From positions 128,001 to 192,000 of the forward strand of contig CAVQUB010000010.1 of NCBI GenBank assembly GCA_963716725.1: 64,000 nucleotides of DNA, written 5' to 3'. Source of the DNA: an uncultured delta proteobacterium (GTDB taxonomy: Bacteria > Myxococcota_A > Polyangia > Polyangiales > Polyangiaceae). The notes beneath the pieces are model-generated. The model saw only the letters and a list, made by a program, of their open reading frames with translations, was not told where the DNA came from and ran no database searches. The position numbers and the translations under genes were made by a program. Shown piece by piece: positions 23,137-32,203 of the stretch (within the stretch, counting starts at the first letter, position 1; every line of letters begins with the position of its first letter).

Positions 23137-24342
23137 ATGCTCGAATTCGAAGACCCCCAAGAGCTCGTGGGTGCCACCTTGGATCGACGGTGGCGCCTGA
23201 AGCGCGTCTTGGGGCAAGGCGGCCTCTCGGCGGTCTTCGAGGCCGAGCCTGTGGAGGGTGGTGGGACCTCAGCGGTCAAGGTGTTGCGGGCCGAGTTCGG
23301 AGAAAACCAGGAGGTCGTGACCCGGTTCCTGAACGAGGTGCAGGCGAGCGCTCGGGTCGACCATCCCGGAATCGCACGGGTCTACGAGGCGGCGCGAGCG
23401 CCGGACGGGACGCCGTACTTGGTCATGGAGCTCCTGCCGGGCGAGGCCCTGGCCGATCGAATGAATCGCGGTCGCGTTCCGGTCGAACAAGCGGTGGGCA
23501 TCGTGCAGAACATCCTGCGGGCGCTCTCGGCCGCGCACGCCGCCGGCGTCGTGCACCGCGACCTGAAGCCCGGAAACGTGTTCTTGACCGGCGCCGCCGA
23601 CGGCGGAACTGAAGCAAAGCTGCTCGACTTCGGCATCTCGCTGGTGCTCGACGCGGCCGGCGGCATGCACCGGAAGACACGCACCGGGATGATGCTGGGT
23701 ACGCCCGGCTACATGAGCCCGGAGCAGATCAAAGACATCAAGCACGCCGACGCTCGGGCCGATCTCTGGTCCTGCAGCATTCTGTTCTACGAGCTTCTCA
23801 CTGGAGTTCCGGCGTTCGAGGCAGAGAACGAGTTCGTGCGGGTCACCAAGGTCCTCACCAGCTCACCGACTCCCATCGAGCAGGTGGCTCCTCAATTTGC
23901 GCACTGGGGCCCCTTCTTCCAGCGGGCGCTCGCCCGAGAGTTGGCGGGGCGATTTCAGACCGCCTACGAGATGGCGCAGGCGATCGAGAGCGTGGCGCGC
24001 TCGGGACAGATGCCCAGTCCCTTGCTGCCGTCACCGGTCACCGCTGGCGCGGCTGAGTTCCCGACTGGGGCTGCGCAGCCCTCTGCGCCTGCGGGTCAGT
24101 ACCCGGCCAATCCTCCGCCTCCCGCCCCAGAGGCGGCCGCGCCGAGACGCTTCGGCGGTGACACGGCGGTGTCGGCGGGGCTGCCCGGTGGCGCGTCGTC
24201 CCCCCAGTCGATGCCGCCTTCGGTGCAGGTGGTCACGGTCCCTCGCCGGGGGCTCTCGCTGCCCCTGCCGCTGGCGCTGATCCTCTTCGGCATTGCCTTG
24301 ATGCTCGGCTTTGCCGCCGGGCTCTTCGTCGGCAGGTGGTGA
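23137..24342 (+). CDS. Ser/Thr protein kinase with C-terminal TM anchor
   Basis: GQGGLS, HRDLKPGN, DFG, GTPGYMSPE. Confidence 0.92.
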   Translation: MLEFEDPQELVGATLDRRWRLKRVLGQGGLSAVFEAEPVEGGGTSAVKVLRAEFGENQEVVTRFLNEVQASARVDHPGIARVYEAARAPDGTPYLVMELLPGEALADRMNRGRVPVEQAVGIVQNILRALSAAHAAGVVHRDLKPGNVFLTGAADGGTEAKLLDFGISLVLDAAGGMHRKTRTGMMLGTPGYMSPEQIKDIKHADARADLWSCSILFYELLTGVPAFEAENEFVRVTKVLTSSPTPIEQVAPQFAHWGPFFQRALARELAGRFQTAYEMAQAIESVARSGQMPSPLLPSPVTAGAAEFPTGAAQPSAPAGQYPANPPPPAPEAAAPRRFGGDTAVSAGLPGGASSPQSMPPSVQVVTVPRRGLSLPLPLALILFGIALMLGFAAGLFVGRW

Positions 24343-24376
24343 CGCCTGGGGCGGGCTCGGGTAGAAGTCGCCCACC

Positions 24377-24907
24377 ATGACCGAGCTCGACAGCCGCTGT
24401 CTCGAAGCGTTCCCGAACTGGTTGCGCACCCTCGGCGACGATGCGCGTGCGCTCGCGGCCCTGGTCGAGTCGAGCGCGACGCCCGCGTCGGTTCGGCGCG
24501 GGTCGGCCGCCGCCTTGAACTACCTCCTGCGTTCTCTCGATCTGATCCCGGATGGAATCGAGGATCTAGGCTTCATCGACGACGCCTTCGTGTTCAGGGT
24601 CGCGGCGGTCAGCGCCGACGCCGAGGGAGCAGAGCCTGTGCTTTCGCGCCTGGCCGCGGAGGCCGCGACCATCCGCGAGTTTCTCGAAGGCGACTACGAG
24701 CGTCTCGAGAACTATGTCGCGGCGCTCGGCAGCGCGCCGTCGCGGGGCCGCACGGTCGACGACATCCTCGCCGATGCATCCGTAACCGCCGAGTTCGTGC
24801 GCGATATCCGCGGCTGGGCCGACGCTTACACGGCCCCGACCTTTCATCGCGACGCGAAGAACCTGGTCAAGTTGCGGAGCTTCCTGGCGGCAAAGCTCCC
24901 GAAGTGA
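24377..24907 (+). CDS. YkvA/DUF1232 family protein
   Basis: YLLRSLDLIPDGIEDLGFIDD motif. Confidence 0.75.
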   Translation: MTELDSRCLEAFPNWLRTLGDDARALAALVESSATPASVRRGSAAALNYLLRSLDLIPDGIEDLGFIDDAFVFRVAAVSADAEGAEPVLSRLAAEAATIREFLEGDYERLENYVAALGSAPSRGRTVDDILADASVTAEFVRDIRGWADAYTAPTFHRDAKNLVKLRSFLAAKLPK

Positions 24908-24910
24908 AGC

Positions 24911-26647
24911 TCAGGCAATCGAGCGGGTACTGGCGTTCGCCCAGGGTTGCTCGGTGACTTCGTGCGTGGCTTCGCTGCTCTTCAGCTGAGCCATCAGGTC
25001 GCGACACTCCGGCCGCTCTTTGAGGCATTCCATCAGTGCGCTGCTGCCGTCGGTGAACGCCTTCTCCATACGGATGCCCTCGCGGGTGCGTGTTGCCACC
25101 TTCTCGCGTCCGCTCGCCAAATCTTCTTCCAGCGCTTCGGCGTAGCGCGCGAGCTGAGCACGAAGATCTTCGATCTGTCGGCGCAAATCTCGGGCGATGG
25201 ACTCTCGCCCCGTGCGGCGAGTCTCTCGCGTGGAGAGCCACTGACGTTTGGCTTCGACCATGGCGCGCGCGGCGCCGGCGCTCTCGAAGATGGCCCGTGA
25301 TCCCTGGCCGGAGCGTTCGGCACTGTCGGCTTGCCCCACCTTGTCCTTGGCCAGTTGCATAGCGGCGGTGAGCTCGCGCCGCGCGGCTTCTTCTTCTTCA
25401 CCGTAGGCAGCTGCGTCGCGCAGCGCGCGGCTCTCTTCTTGAGCCAGCTCCTCGACCTTGCGGCCGATCTCGGCGCGCAGTGCGCGTCCGCGCCGCTCGA
25501 GCGCCTCGAGCTTGCGAGTGTGGCTCGCGATTTCACCTTCGAGACCGTTGGCCTTCGCGGTGACCTCCCAGATGCTGGCCATGGCTTGGGCCAGCTCGGG
25601 CGTGGCGTTGCCCGCGGGGAACGCTCGCGCCAGCATGCGGGCGAAGAGGCCCGCGCGGTTCGCCCACTCGGTGACCGGGGTGGTCTTCGGCGGCGGCGGA
25701 GGCGGAGGCGCGACCTGGGGCTGCGGATCCCCGGCGCTCTCCTTGTCCCACGAGGTGCTGGGCAGGGACCGTTGCAGCGCCTTCAGCTCTTCGAGCAGAT
25801 GATGGCCGTCGCGGTAGCGCTTGCGCGCCTCCTTCTCGAGCAGCTTGAGGATGATCTTCTCCGCGACCGGGTTCACGTCCTTCTTGATGCCCGCGGGTCG
25901 GGGTGCGGGCGCCGTTCGCTGCATTTCGAGCAGTGTGTCGCGATCGGTGGCGCGGAACGGGAGCTGTCCCACCAACATCTCGAAGAAGAGCACGCCGAGC
26001 GCGTAGAGATCCGATTGCGGGCCGGCCTGCTCTCCACGCGCCTGCTCCGGAGACATGTACTCGGGCGTCCCGAACACGGCGCCCTTGGGCGCGAGTCGCG
26101 GATCGTGGGCGAGAGCAGCGAGCCCGAAGTCGAGGATCTTCACGAAGTCTTTGCGACCGCCGCGCTGCGTGAGCAGGATGTTGTCGCTCTTCAGATCGCG
26201 ATGCACGACGCCGAGGTCGTGGGCGCGCGCGAGCGCTGCTCCCATCTGCTCGAGGATGTCCACGCCGCGGGTGAGCGGCATCGGACCGCGCGCGAGCTCG
26301 GTCGAGAGGGGAGTGCCGATCAGGTACTCCATGACCAGATACAGCTCGCCCTCGTCGGTCTCGCCGATGTCGTGGATGTCGATGATGTGGGCGTGATCGA
26401 CCCGGTTGGCGGCGCGGGCCTCGCGCAGCATCCACGCCCGAAGGTGGGTCTCGCCGCGGAGGTCGGGCCGAATCAGCTTCACCGCAACGACGCGGTCGAT
26501 GAGCACGTGACGGGCGCGGTACACGATGCCCATGCCGCCCTCGCCGATCCGCGCCTCGAGGCGATAGCGCCCCGCAATGACCTTGCCGATCGCGGGATCC
26601 TCACCGCGTCCACGTGAGCTCGAGCGTTGCGGCGCTGCTTGTGCCAT
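24911..26647 (-). CDS. Cytoplasmic Ser/Thr kinase with C-terminal coiled coil
   Basis: GEGGMG, HRDLKSDN, DFG, GTPEYMSPE; poly-Pro linker; heptad-rich tail; no TM. Confidence 0.92.
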   Translation of the reverse strand: MAQAAPQRSSSRGRGEDPAIGKVIAGRYRLEARIGEGGMGIVYRARHVLIDRVVAVKLIRPDLRGETHLRAWMLREARAANRVDHAHIIDIHDIGETDEGELYLVMEYLIGTPLSTELARGPMPLTRGVDILEQMGAALARAHDLGVVHRDLKSDNILLTQRGGRKDFVKILDFGLAALAHDPRLAPKGAVFGTPEYMSPEQARGEQAGPQSDLYALGVLFFEMLVGQLPFRATDRDTLLEMQRTAPAPRPAGIKKDVNPVAEKIILKLLEKEARKRYRDGHHLLEELKALQRSLPSTSWDKESAGDPQPQVAPPPPPPPKTTPVTEWANRAGLFARMLARAFPAGNATPELAQAMASIWEVTAKANGLEGEIASHTRKLEALERRGRALRAEIGRKVEELAQEESRALRDAAAYGEEEEAARRELTAAMQLAKDKVGQADSAERSGQGSRAIFESAGAARAMVEAKRQWLSTRETRRTGRESIARDLRRQIEDLRAQLARYAEALEEDLASGREKVATRTREGIRMEKAFTDGSSALMECLKERPECRDLMAQLKSSEATHEVTEQPWANASTRSIA

Positions 26648-26722
26648 CGATGTTGTTTTCCGTCCTTCGAGGAGACCTCGGATGCTAGCGGAAAGCCCGC
26701 GCGCGCTCCAGAGGTGGGGTCG

Positions 26723-27388
26723 TCAGAAGACGAAGCGCATCACCGGCACACGGACCTCGGTCGACTGTTTGACGCCGAATTCCATGATCTCAGTGCGGGT
26801 GAAGGCGTTTCGGACCTCGACCGCGGGCACACTCAGCGTCACCGCGGTGGGACTCAGGCCCACGAGAGCCGGCGGCGCGGTGTACAGCTCCGCCTGCTGC
26901 ACCGGGCGACGGGCGATCCGGCGGGTACGCGCCTTCTTGACTGCGCCTTGCGGGGCGGGGGCTGCGCTCGGCTGGGCCGGCTCGGCTGCCGGCTCGTCCG
27001 CCGGGGCCCGGTCTTCCGTGGCGTCGACGGAGGGGGCTTGGTAGGCGGTGGCGTTCAACACAGCCACGGTGGTCGGGATCGCGAGGGCCATCCCGCCAGC
27101 GAGCAGATAGATGCTGATCTTGGGCTCGGCGCCGTCCTCGATGAAATAGCCGCCTACGCCGCCGGCGATGCCGCCGGCGATGCCGCCCACGGCGTAAGCC
27201 CACGGCTTCTTCACCTTGATGGCCGCTTCCACCAGCATGATCACTTCGGCACCCAGCAGCGCTCCGCCAGTGATGCCTTTGCCCGTTGCAGACGCCTCGG
27301 TCGCGTCCTCGGCGGCGCGCGCCGGGTTTCCGCTGAAAACCAGAGTCGCCGCGACAGCGGCTCCCGTGAGCAGGTGAAGAATACGCAT
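26723..27388 (-). CDS. Secreted/membrane protein with glycine-zipper segments
   Basis: Signal peptide (ARA-A), GGIAGGIAGGVGG, ends RFVF. Confidence 0.65.
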   Translation of the reverse strand: MRILHLLTGAAVAATLVFSGNPARAAEDATEASATGKGITGGALLGAEVIMLVEAAIKVKKPWAYAVGGIAGGIAGGVGGYFIEDGAEPKISIYLLAGGMALAIPTTVAVLNATAYQAPSVDATEDRAPADEPAAEPAQPSAAPAPQGAVKKARTRRIARRPVQQAELYTAPPALVGLSPTAVTLSVPAVEVRNAFTRTEIMEFGVKQSTEVRVPVMRFVF

Positions 27389-27540
27389 CGTTCCTCCGCA
27401 GGTGGGTCCCCGATCTCCGGTGTCCCAGCGTGCTGAAATGTTCGCGAAGGGTACCCTGGCCCCGGCCGGCCACCAAGGCCTAGCGCGGGGCCCCGGATTT
27501 CTGGGCGGCCGGCAGGGCAAAGACGGGCTAAATCAAGGGC

Positions 27541-28536
27541 ATGGGAGCCCTGGGCTGGCGCGCGGTGGTGGGAGCCAGCCTCGCGGTGCTCGGGGTACTC
27601 GCGCTGGGCCTGGCTGCGGGCGGCATCCGGCTCCTGCCGTGGCTCTGGGCGCCCGAGGTGCCGATAGAGGTCGCGCTGCCCTTTGCCCGGGCGCTCGGCG
27701 CCGCCGCCACCGAGACGGCGCTCGTGGTCGGGGCGCCGGTGGGTGCCGCCCTCGCGGTTGCGGGCTTCGTCGACCGCGGCGAGGCCCGCGCGCTGTTCGC
27801 AGTGGGGGCATCGCCCCTGCGCCTGGTGCTGGGCGCATCGCCCCGCATCGCGGCATTCGTGTTGGCTGCCGCTCTGGTCGGCGCAGCTTGGGGCTCCAGC
27901 GCGGACGTCCCCGGTCGCTTCGCCGCGGAGCTGGTCGAGCAAGGACGCGCGAGCTGCGCCCGCGCCACATCACCAAAGAGTGCGCAGGTCCCCTTGGTGG
28001 GAGTGACGTGGTTGTGTTTTCCGGGCGAGCCCCCGCGCGTGACCGGGGGGTTGCCTGGGCTTGGCGAGTTCGGTTCGTTCACTGCGCGAGCGCTCAGGCC
28101 GAGCGACGATCTGCGCCAAGTGCGCTTCGATGAGCTCCGCGTGTTCACGAGGAAGGTCGATGACCAGCCATCCCTCGAGCTGTCGGTGCAGACGGCGACG
28201 GTTCGCGGCCTGCCGGGTTGGGGACGGAGCGCAAAGCTCGGATTGGTCGTGCGGAGCGCCCTCTCGGCCGGCACGGCCATGGTGCTCGTGCTCGGGGTGG
28301 TCTTCAGTGTGCTTCACCTCGGAGTCACGCGACGGCTTGGCGCGCTCGCCCTCGGCGGCCTCCCGTCGCTGGCCGCGTTCACGTCACTCTCGCGCTTCGA
28401 CGCCAGCTCGCTGCCCGCGGCGGCGTGCCTTCTCGTCCCCTTCGTCGGAGCCGCGGCGCTGGTTGGGGTCGCGCTCGGGGCGCGAGCCTTTCCGGCGGAT
28501 CTGCGCTGGCTCCGGCGGCTTTCCCGGCGACGCTGA
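27541..28536 (+). CDS. LptF/LptG-like permease (divergent)
   Basis: 3+3 TM layout with GEARALFAVGASPLRL motif. Confidence 0.55.
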   Translation: MGALGWRAVVGASLAVLGVLALGLAAGGIRLLPWLWAPEVPIEVALPFARALGAAATETALVVGAPVGAALAVAGFVDRGEARALFAVGASPLRLVLGASPRIAAFVLAAALVGAAWGSSADVPGRFAAELVEQGRASCARATSPKSAQVPLVGVTWLCFPGEPPRVTGGLPGLGEFGSFTARALRPSDDLRQVRFDELRVFTRKVDDQPSLELSVQTATVRGLPGWGRSAKLGLVVRSALSAGTAMVLVLGVVFSVLHLGVTRRLGALALGGLPSLAAFTSLSRFDASSLPAAACLLVPFVGAAALVGVALGARAFPADLRWLRRLSRRR

Positions 28537-28591
28537 CCGCGGTCCCAGCGCGTTGCCCGATCGTGCCGGCAATGTTAAACGTCGCGCTCCC

Positions 28592-28879
28592 ATGGGTGCC
28601 GGCCCTTGGCAGCTCGCTGTCATCGCCCTATTGCTTCTCGTCTTCTTCGGCAGAAGCCGGCTGGGGGAGATCGGGCGTGGGCTCGGTCGAGGCCTGCGGG
28701 CGCTCCGCGAGAGCGTGAAGGCAAGAGACGGTGAGGCCGGAGACGACGATGACACCGACGATGACGACGACGAACCCGCGCTCCCCCGGCGACGCGCCGG
28801 CAAGGGCGAAACTGGAGTGAGGAGCCGCCGGCACGTGATGGCAAAGCCACGCGAGCCGGACTCCGAGGCCGACGACTGA
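28592..28879 (+). CDS. tatA: Twin-arginine translocase TatA/E subunit
   Basis: MGAGPWQLAVIALLLLVFFGRSRLGEIGRGLG: TM, FG hinge, amphipathic helix. Confidence 0.8.
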   Translation: MGAGPWQLAVIALLLLVFFGRSRLGEIGRGLGRGLRALRESVKARDGEAGDDDDTDDDDDEPALPRRRAGKGETGVRSRRHVMAKPREPDSEADD

Positions 28880-28887
28880 AGGAGCTG

Positions 28888-30090
28888 ATGGTGCCAACGA
28901 ACCTCGCAAAACGACTGGAAGCGGTGGCGCCGAGCGCGACCCTCGCGATGACCGCAAAGGCCGCGGAGCTCAGGGCGAAAGGCCGTAAGGTCTACGCTTT
29001 TGGCGTGGGCGAGCCCGACTTCGAGACGCCCGAGCACATCCGCCTCGCGGCGCAGGCAGCGATGGGCAAGAGTTCGCACTACACCGCGGTGCAGGGCACG
29101 GCCAGCCTGCGCGAAGCGATATGCGTCGCGACCGAACGGGACCGTGGGTGGCGGCCGACGCCGGACGCCGTCACCGTATCGGTTGGAGCGAAACACGCAC
29201 TCTTCAACCTGGCGATGGTGCTCTGTGACCCCGGTGACGAGTTCGTGATCCCCGCCCCGTATTGGGTGAGCTACCCGGAGCAGGTGCGCTTGTTCGGAGG
29301 CGTCCCAACGATCGTCGAGACCAGCGCCGAGCGCGGCTTCCGCATGACTCCCGAGGCACTCGATGCGGCCATCGGACCGCGGACCAAGGCCGTCATCTTG
29401 TGCACTCCGTCGAACCCGAGCGGAGCGGCCTACGACGCCGGCGAGCTCTTGGCTCTGGCCGAGGTGCTGAAGGCGCGCGACGTATGGATCGTGCTCGACG
29501 AAATCTACGGCGACCTGACCTACGAGGGTTTCGAGCACGTTTCGCTGGCCAAGCTGGCGCCGGAGCTGCGGGACAAGATGATCGTGGTCGATGGCGTGAG
29601 CAAGACCTACGCGATGACCGGCTGGCGCATCGGCTGGTCCATCACGCCGCCGGCGCTGGCCAAGGCCCTGCTGAAGGTGCAGGGGCAGTCCACCACCAAC
29701 GCCACCGCGATCGCGCAGGCCGCGGCGGAGGCAGCGCTGCTCGGTCCCCGGGAACCCATCGCCGAGATGGCCCGGATCTTCGCCGAGCGCCGGCGCCGAA
29801 TGGTCGAGGGGTTGAACGGAATCCCGGGCATGCGCTGTGACTGGCCGCGCGGCGCGTTCTACGCGTTTCCCGACGTCACGGGCCTCTACGGTATCCAGTG
29901 GGGCGACCGGCGGCTCGCGAGCGCGGACGACGTTTCGCTCTGGCAGCTCGAGGTCTGCGGGATCGCCGCGGTGGCGGGTGAGCCCTTCGGTGCGCCGGGC
30001 CACGTGCGCTACAGCTACGCTGCGGCCGAGTCCGTGATCGACGAAGCGCTCTCCGTCCTCGGCGCAGCGGTCGCTTCTGCAAAGCGTTGA
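28888..30090 (+). CDS. PLP-dependent class I/II (aspartate) aminotransferase
   Basis: GEPDF, PSNPSG, DEIY, SKTYAMTGWRIG. Confidence 0.93.
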   Translation: MVPTNLAKRLEAVAPSATLAMTAKAAELRAKGRKVYAFGVGEPDFETPEHIRLAAQAAMGKSSHYTAVQGTASLREAICVATERDRGWRPTPDAVTVSVGAKHALFNLAMVLCDPGDEFVIPAPYWVSYPEQVRLFGGVPTIVETSAERGFRMTPEALDAAIGPRTKAVILCTPSNPSGAAYDAGELLALAEVLKARDVWIVLDEIYGDLTYEGFEHVSLAKLAPELRDKMIVVDGVSKTYAMTGWRIGWSITPPALAKALLKVQGQSTTNATAIAQAAAEAALLGPREPIAEMARIFAERRRRMVEGLNGIPGMRCDWPRGAFYAFPDVTGLYGIQWGDRRLASADDVSLWQLEVCGIAAVAGEPFGAPGHVRYSYAAAESVIDEALSVLGAAVASAKR

Positions 30091-30097
30091 CCATCGA

Positions 30098-31000
30098 ATG
30101 TCGAACATGGCCGAGGCAGTGGATGCAGTGACCCGAACCCGAGATGCGACGCGCGTTGCCGGTGCGCTGTTTCAGCTCGCGAAGCCTGGCGTCACTCGCA
30201 TGGTGCTGGTCACCACGGGCATCGGCGCAATCCTGGTGCCGGGCCGGATCGTGCTCCCGAGGTTGGCCCTGACCGTGACCGCGACCGCCGCGGTGGTCGC
30301 GGCGGCCAACGCTCTCAACATGTACCTCGAGCGTGACGTGGACGCCCGCATGGCGCGCACCCGGACCCGGCCGCTTCCGTCGGGACGTCTCTCACCGGAG
30401 GTGGCCCTCTGGTTCGGGGTCGTCCTGGCATTCACTGGGATTTCGGCCCTCACTTTCCTGATCAACCCCCTCTCCGGCCTGCTGTCCGCGCTGGCCATTT
30501 CTCTCTACGTCCTGGTCTACACGCCGCTCAAGCGCGTGACGCCCTACGCGCTCCACGTGGGCGCTATCCCCGGCGCCATCCCGCCCTTGATTGGTTGGGC
30601 CAGCGTGACCGGCGAGCTCTCGCTGCCGGCGCTGAGCGTGTTCGCCATCCTGCTCGTCTGGCAGATCCCACACTTCCTTGCGATCGCGATCTTTCGCGCG
30701 TCCGAGTACGAGGCAGCGGGTCTGGCCGTGTATCCGTCGGTGCGGGGCGTGCCGGCCGCGAAGCGAGCAGTGATCGCGTACTCATTTTTGTTGCTGGTGG
30801 TGAGCGGACTGCCCGTCGTCGCCGGAATCGGCGCGACTTGGTACCTTGGCGTCGCGGCTGTGCTCGGCGTGACGCAGATCGTGATCGCGCTCCGGGGCCT
30901 GGTTGCCCCGGACCTGAGTCAGTGGGCTCGCTCGTTGTTCTACGCGACGCTTCCCTACCTGCTCGTGGTCTACGGCGCCTTGGCGCTGACCGCGTCATGA
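30098..31000 (+). CDS. cyoE: Protoheme IX farnesyltransferase (heme O synthase)
   Basis: NMYLERDVDARMARTRTRPLPSG, YTPLKR, GAIPPLIGW, WQIPHF. Confidence 0.95.
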   Translation: MSNMAEAVDAVTRTRDATRVAGALFQLAKPGVTRMVLVTTGIGAILVPGRIVLPRLALTVTATAAVVAAANALNMYLERDVDARMARTRTRPLPSGRLSPEVALWFGVVLAFTGISALTFLINPLSGLLSALAISLYVLVYTPLKRVTPYALHVGAIPGAIPPLIGWASVTGELSLPALSVFAILLVWQIPHFLAIAIFRASEYEAAGLAVYPSVRGVPAAKRAVIAYSFLLLVVSGLPVVAGIGATWYLGVAAVLGVTQIVIALRGLVAPDLSQWARSLFYATLPYLLVVYGALALTAS

Positions 31001-31092
31001 GCCACGGTCCTCCGATGCGCTGGTGGGCTTGGGCGCTCTTCGCCGCCGCCTGCCTGGCTATCCCGCTGGTTGGCTATTGGCTCGGGCGCTGA
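30997..31092 (+). CDS. Putative 31-aa single-TM small protein
   Basis: ATGA overlap with cyoE stop; MSHGPPMRWWAWALFAAACLAIPLVGYWLGR. Confidence 0.4.
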   Translation: MSHGPPMRWWAWALFAAACLAIPLVGYWLGR

Positions 31093-32180
31093 GCGGGCAG
31101 CTCTCGCGCAGCCGCCAGGGCAGCGAGCAGCGAGCCGAGCAGCAGCGCCAGTGCCAACACCGGGATGTCCGTGCCGGTTCGGGCGAGCAACGCCATCGCG
31201 ATGGCACTGCGCGCGTAGGGTCGATCGGCGCGGGAGAGCAGCGAGGCCGGAACCGCCAGCAGCAACGTGACTCCCAGGGCGACGTGCAGCAGTTGCGGCA
31301 CGAAGGGGAAGGGATGCCTCGAGAAGCCCTGGATGGCCTTGGTTAGGAGCCCGAGCACGCTGTCAGTCGGAGGCGAAAGGTAGAGGCTCACAGCTGCGAG
31401 CCCGATGCCGAGCGCCACGACGGGCGGCCACACGGCGAGGGCCAGCTTCTTGTGAGCCGCCGCGAGCCACAGAACGGCGATGACGAGAGTGGTCAGATCG
31501 AGAACCCAGGCCACGGTGGCCAAGGTCTGTGCGACGCGAAACAGCCGGGTCAACGCTTCGTGGCTTGCCCATACGGCGAGGGCCCGCGCCGAGACGCTGA
31601 CGAGGGCGGTGAGTCCTGCCAGCCCGACGACGATGCCGGCGGCCCGCGTGTGGTCTCGGAGCGCCGTCGGGACACTGGCGAACAGCGCCATGAATGACGA
31701 GAGCACCGCCAACCCGAGCACCAGGAGCATGGGCAACTCGCGGGTGGCCGACGCCATGACGAGAGTGACGACCCCGGCGGTGGTCGGTGCGACGACGAGT
31801 CGGAAGGCCACGCTCAGGTTGCTCTCGACCAAGATCGCGATCAGCAGCTGAATCGCCAAGAGACAACCCCCGACCACTGCGAGTTGCGCGAGCAGCGCGG
31901 CGGCGTTGTCCGAGCGGGTGATCCACTGCTCGAGACCGGAGCGCCAGCCGAGCAGCGCGGGCACCACGATGCGACCGGACACGAGCGCGAAGAAGAACAA
32001 GAGCACCAGGGCCGCCAGCACCCAGCGCCGAGCGCTGGTGAACAATCGCGCCGGGGCGTGGGTCGCGCGACCCTCGCTCGGCGGCTGCTCTTCAGAGGCG
32101 GCGCGGTCGGACTCGGGCGGCCGAGTGCCGTCGGTCCCCTCTGGGGTCGCGCTCGCGCCTTCGGTCTCGTCGCTGCTCAC
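31074..32180 (-). CDS. Polytopic membrane protein, unknown function
   Basis: About 9-10 hydrophobic segments. Confidence 0.65.
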   Translation of the reverse strand: MSSDETEGASATPEGTDGTRPPESDRAASEEQPPSEGRATHAPARLFTSARRWVLAALVLLFFFALVSGRIVVPALLGWRSGLEQWITRSDNAAALLAQLAVVGGCLLAIQLLIAILVESNLSVAFRLVVAPTTAGVVTLVMASATRELPMLLVLGLAVLSSFMALFASVPTALRDHTRAAGIVVGLAGLTALVSVSARALAVWASHEALTRLFRVAQTLATVAWVLDLTTLVIAVLWLAAAHKKLALAVWPPVVALGIGLAAVSLYLSPPTDSVLGLLTKAIQGFSRHPFPFVPQLLHVALGVTLLLAVPASLLSRADRPYARSAIAMALLARTGTDIPVLALALLLGSLLAALAAARELPAQRPSQ

Positions 32181-32203
32181 TCACGGCCTCGCCGGAAACC
32201 GAC

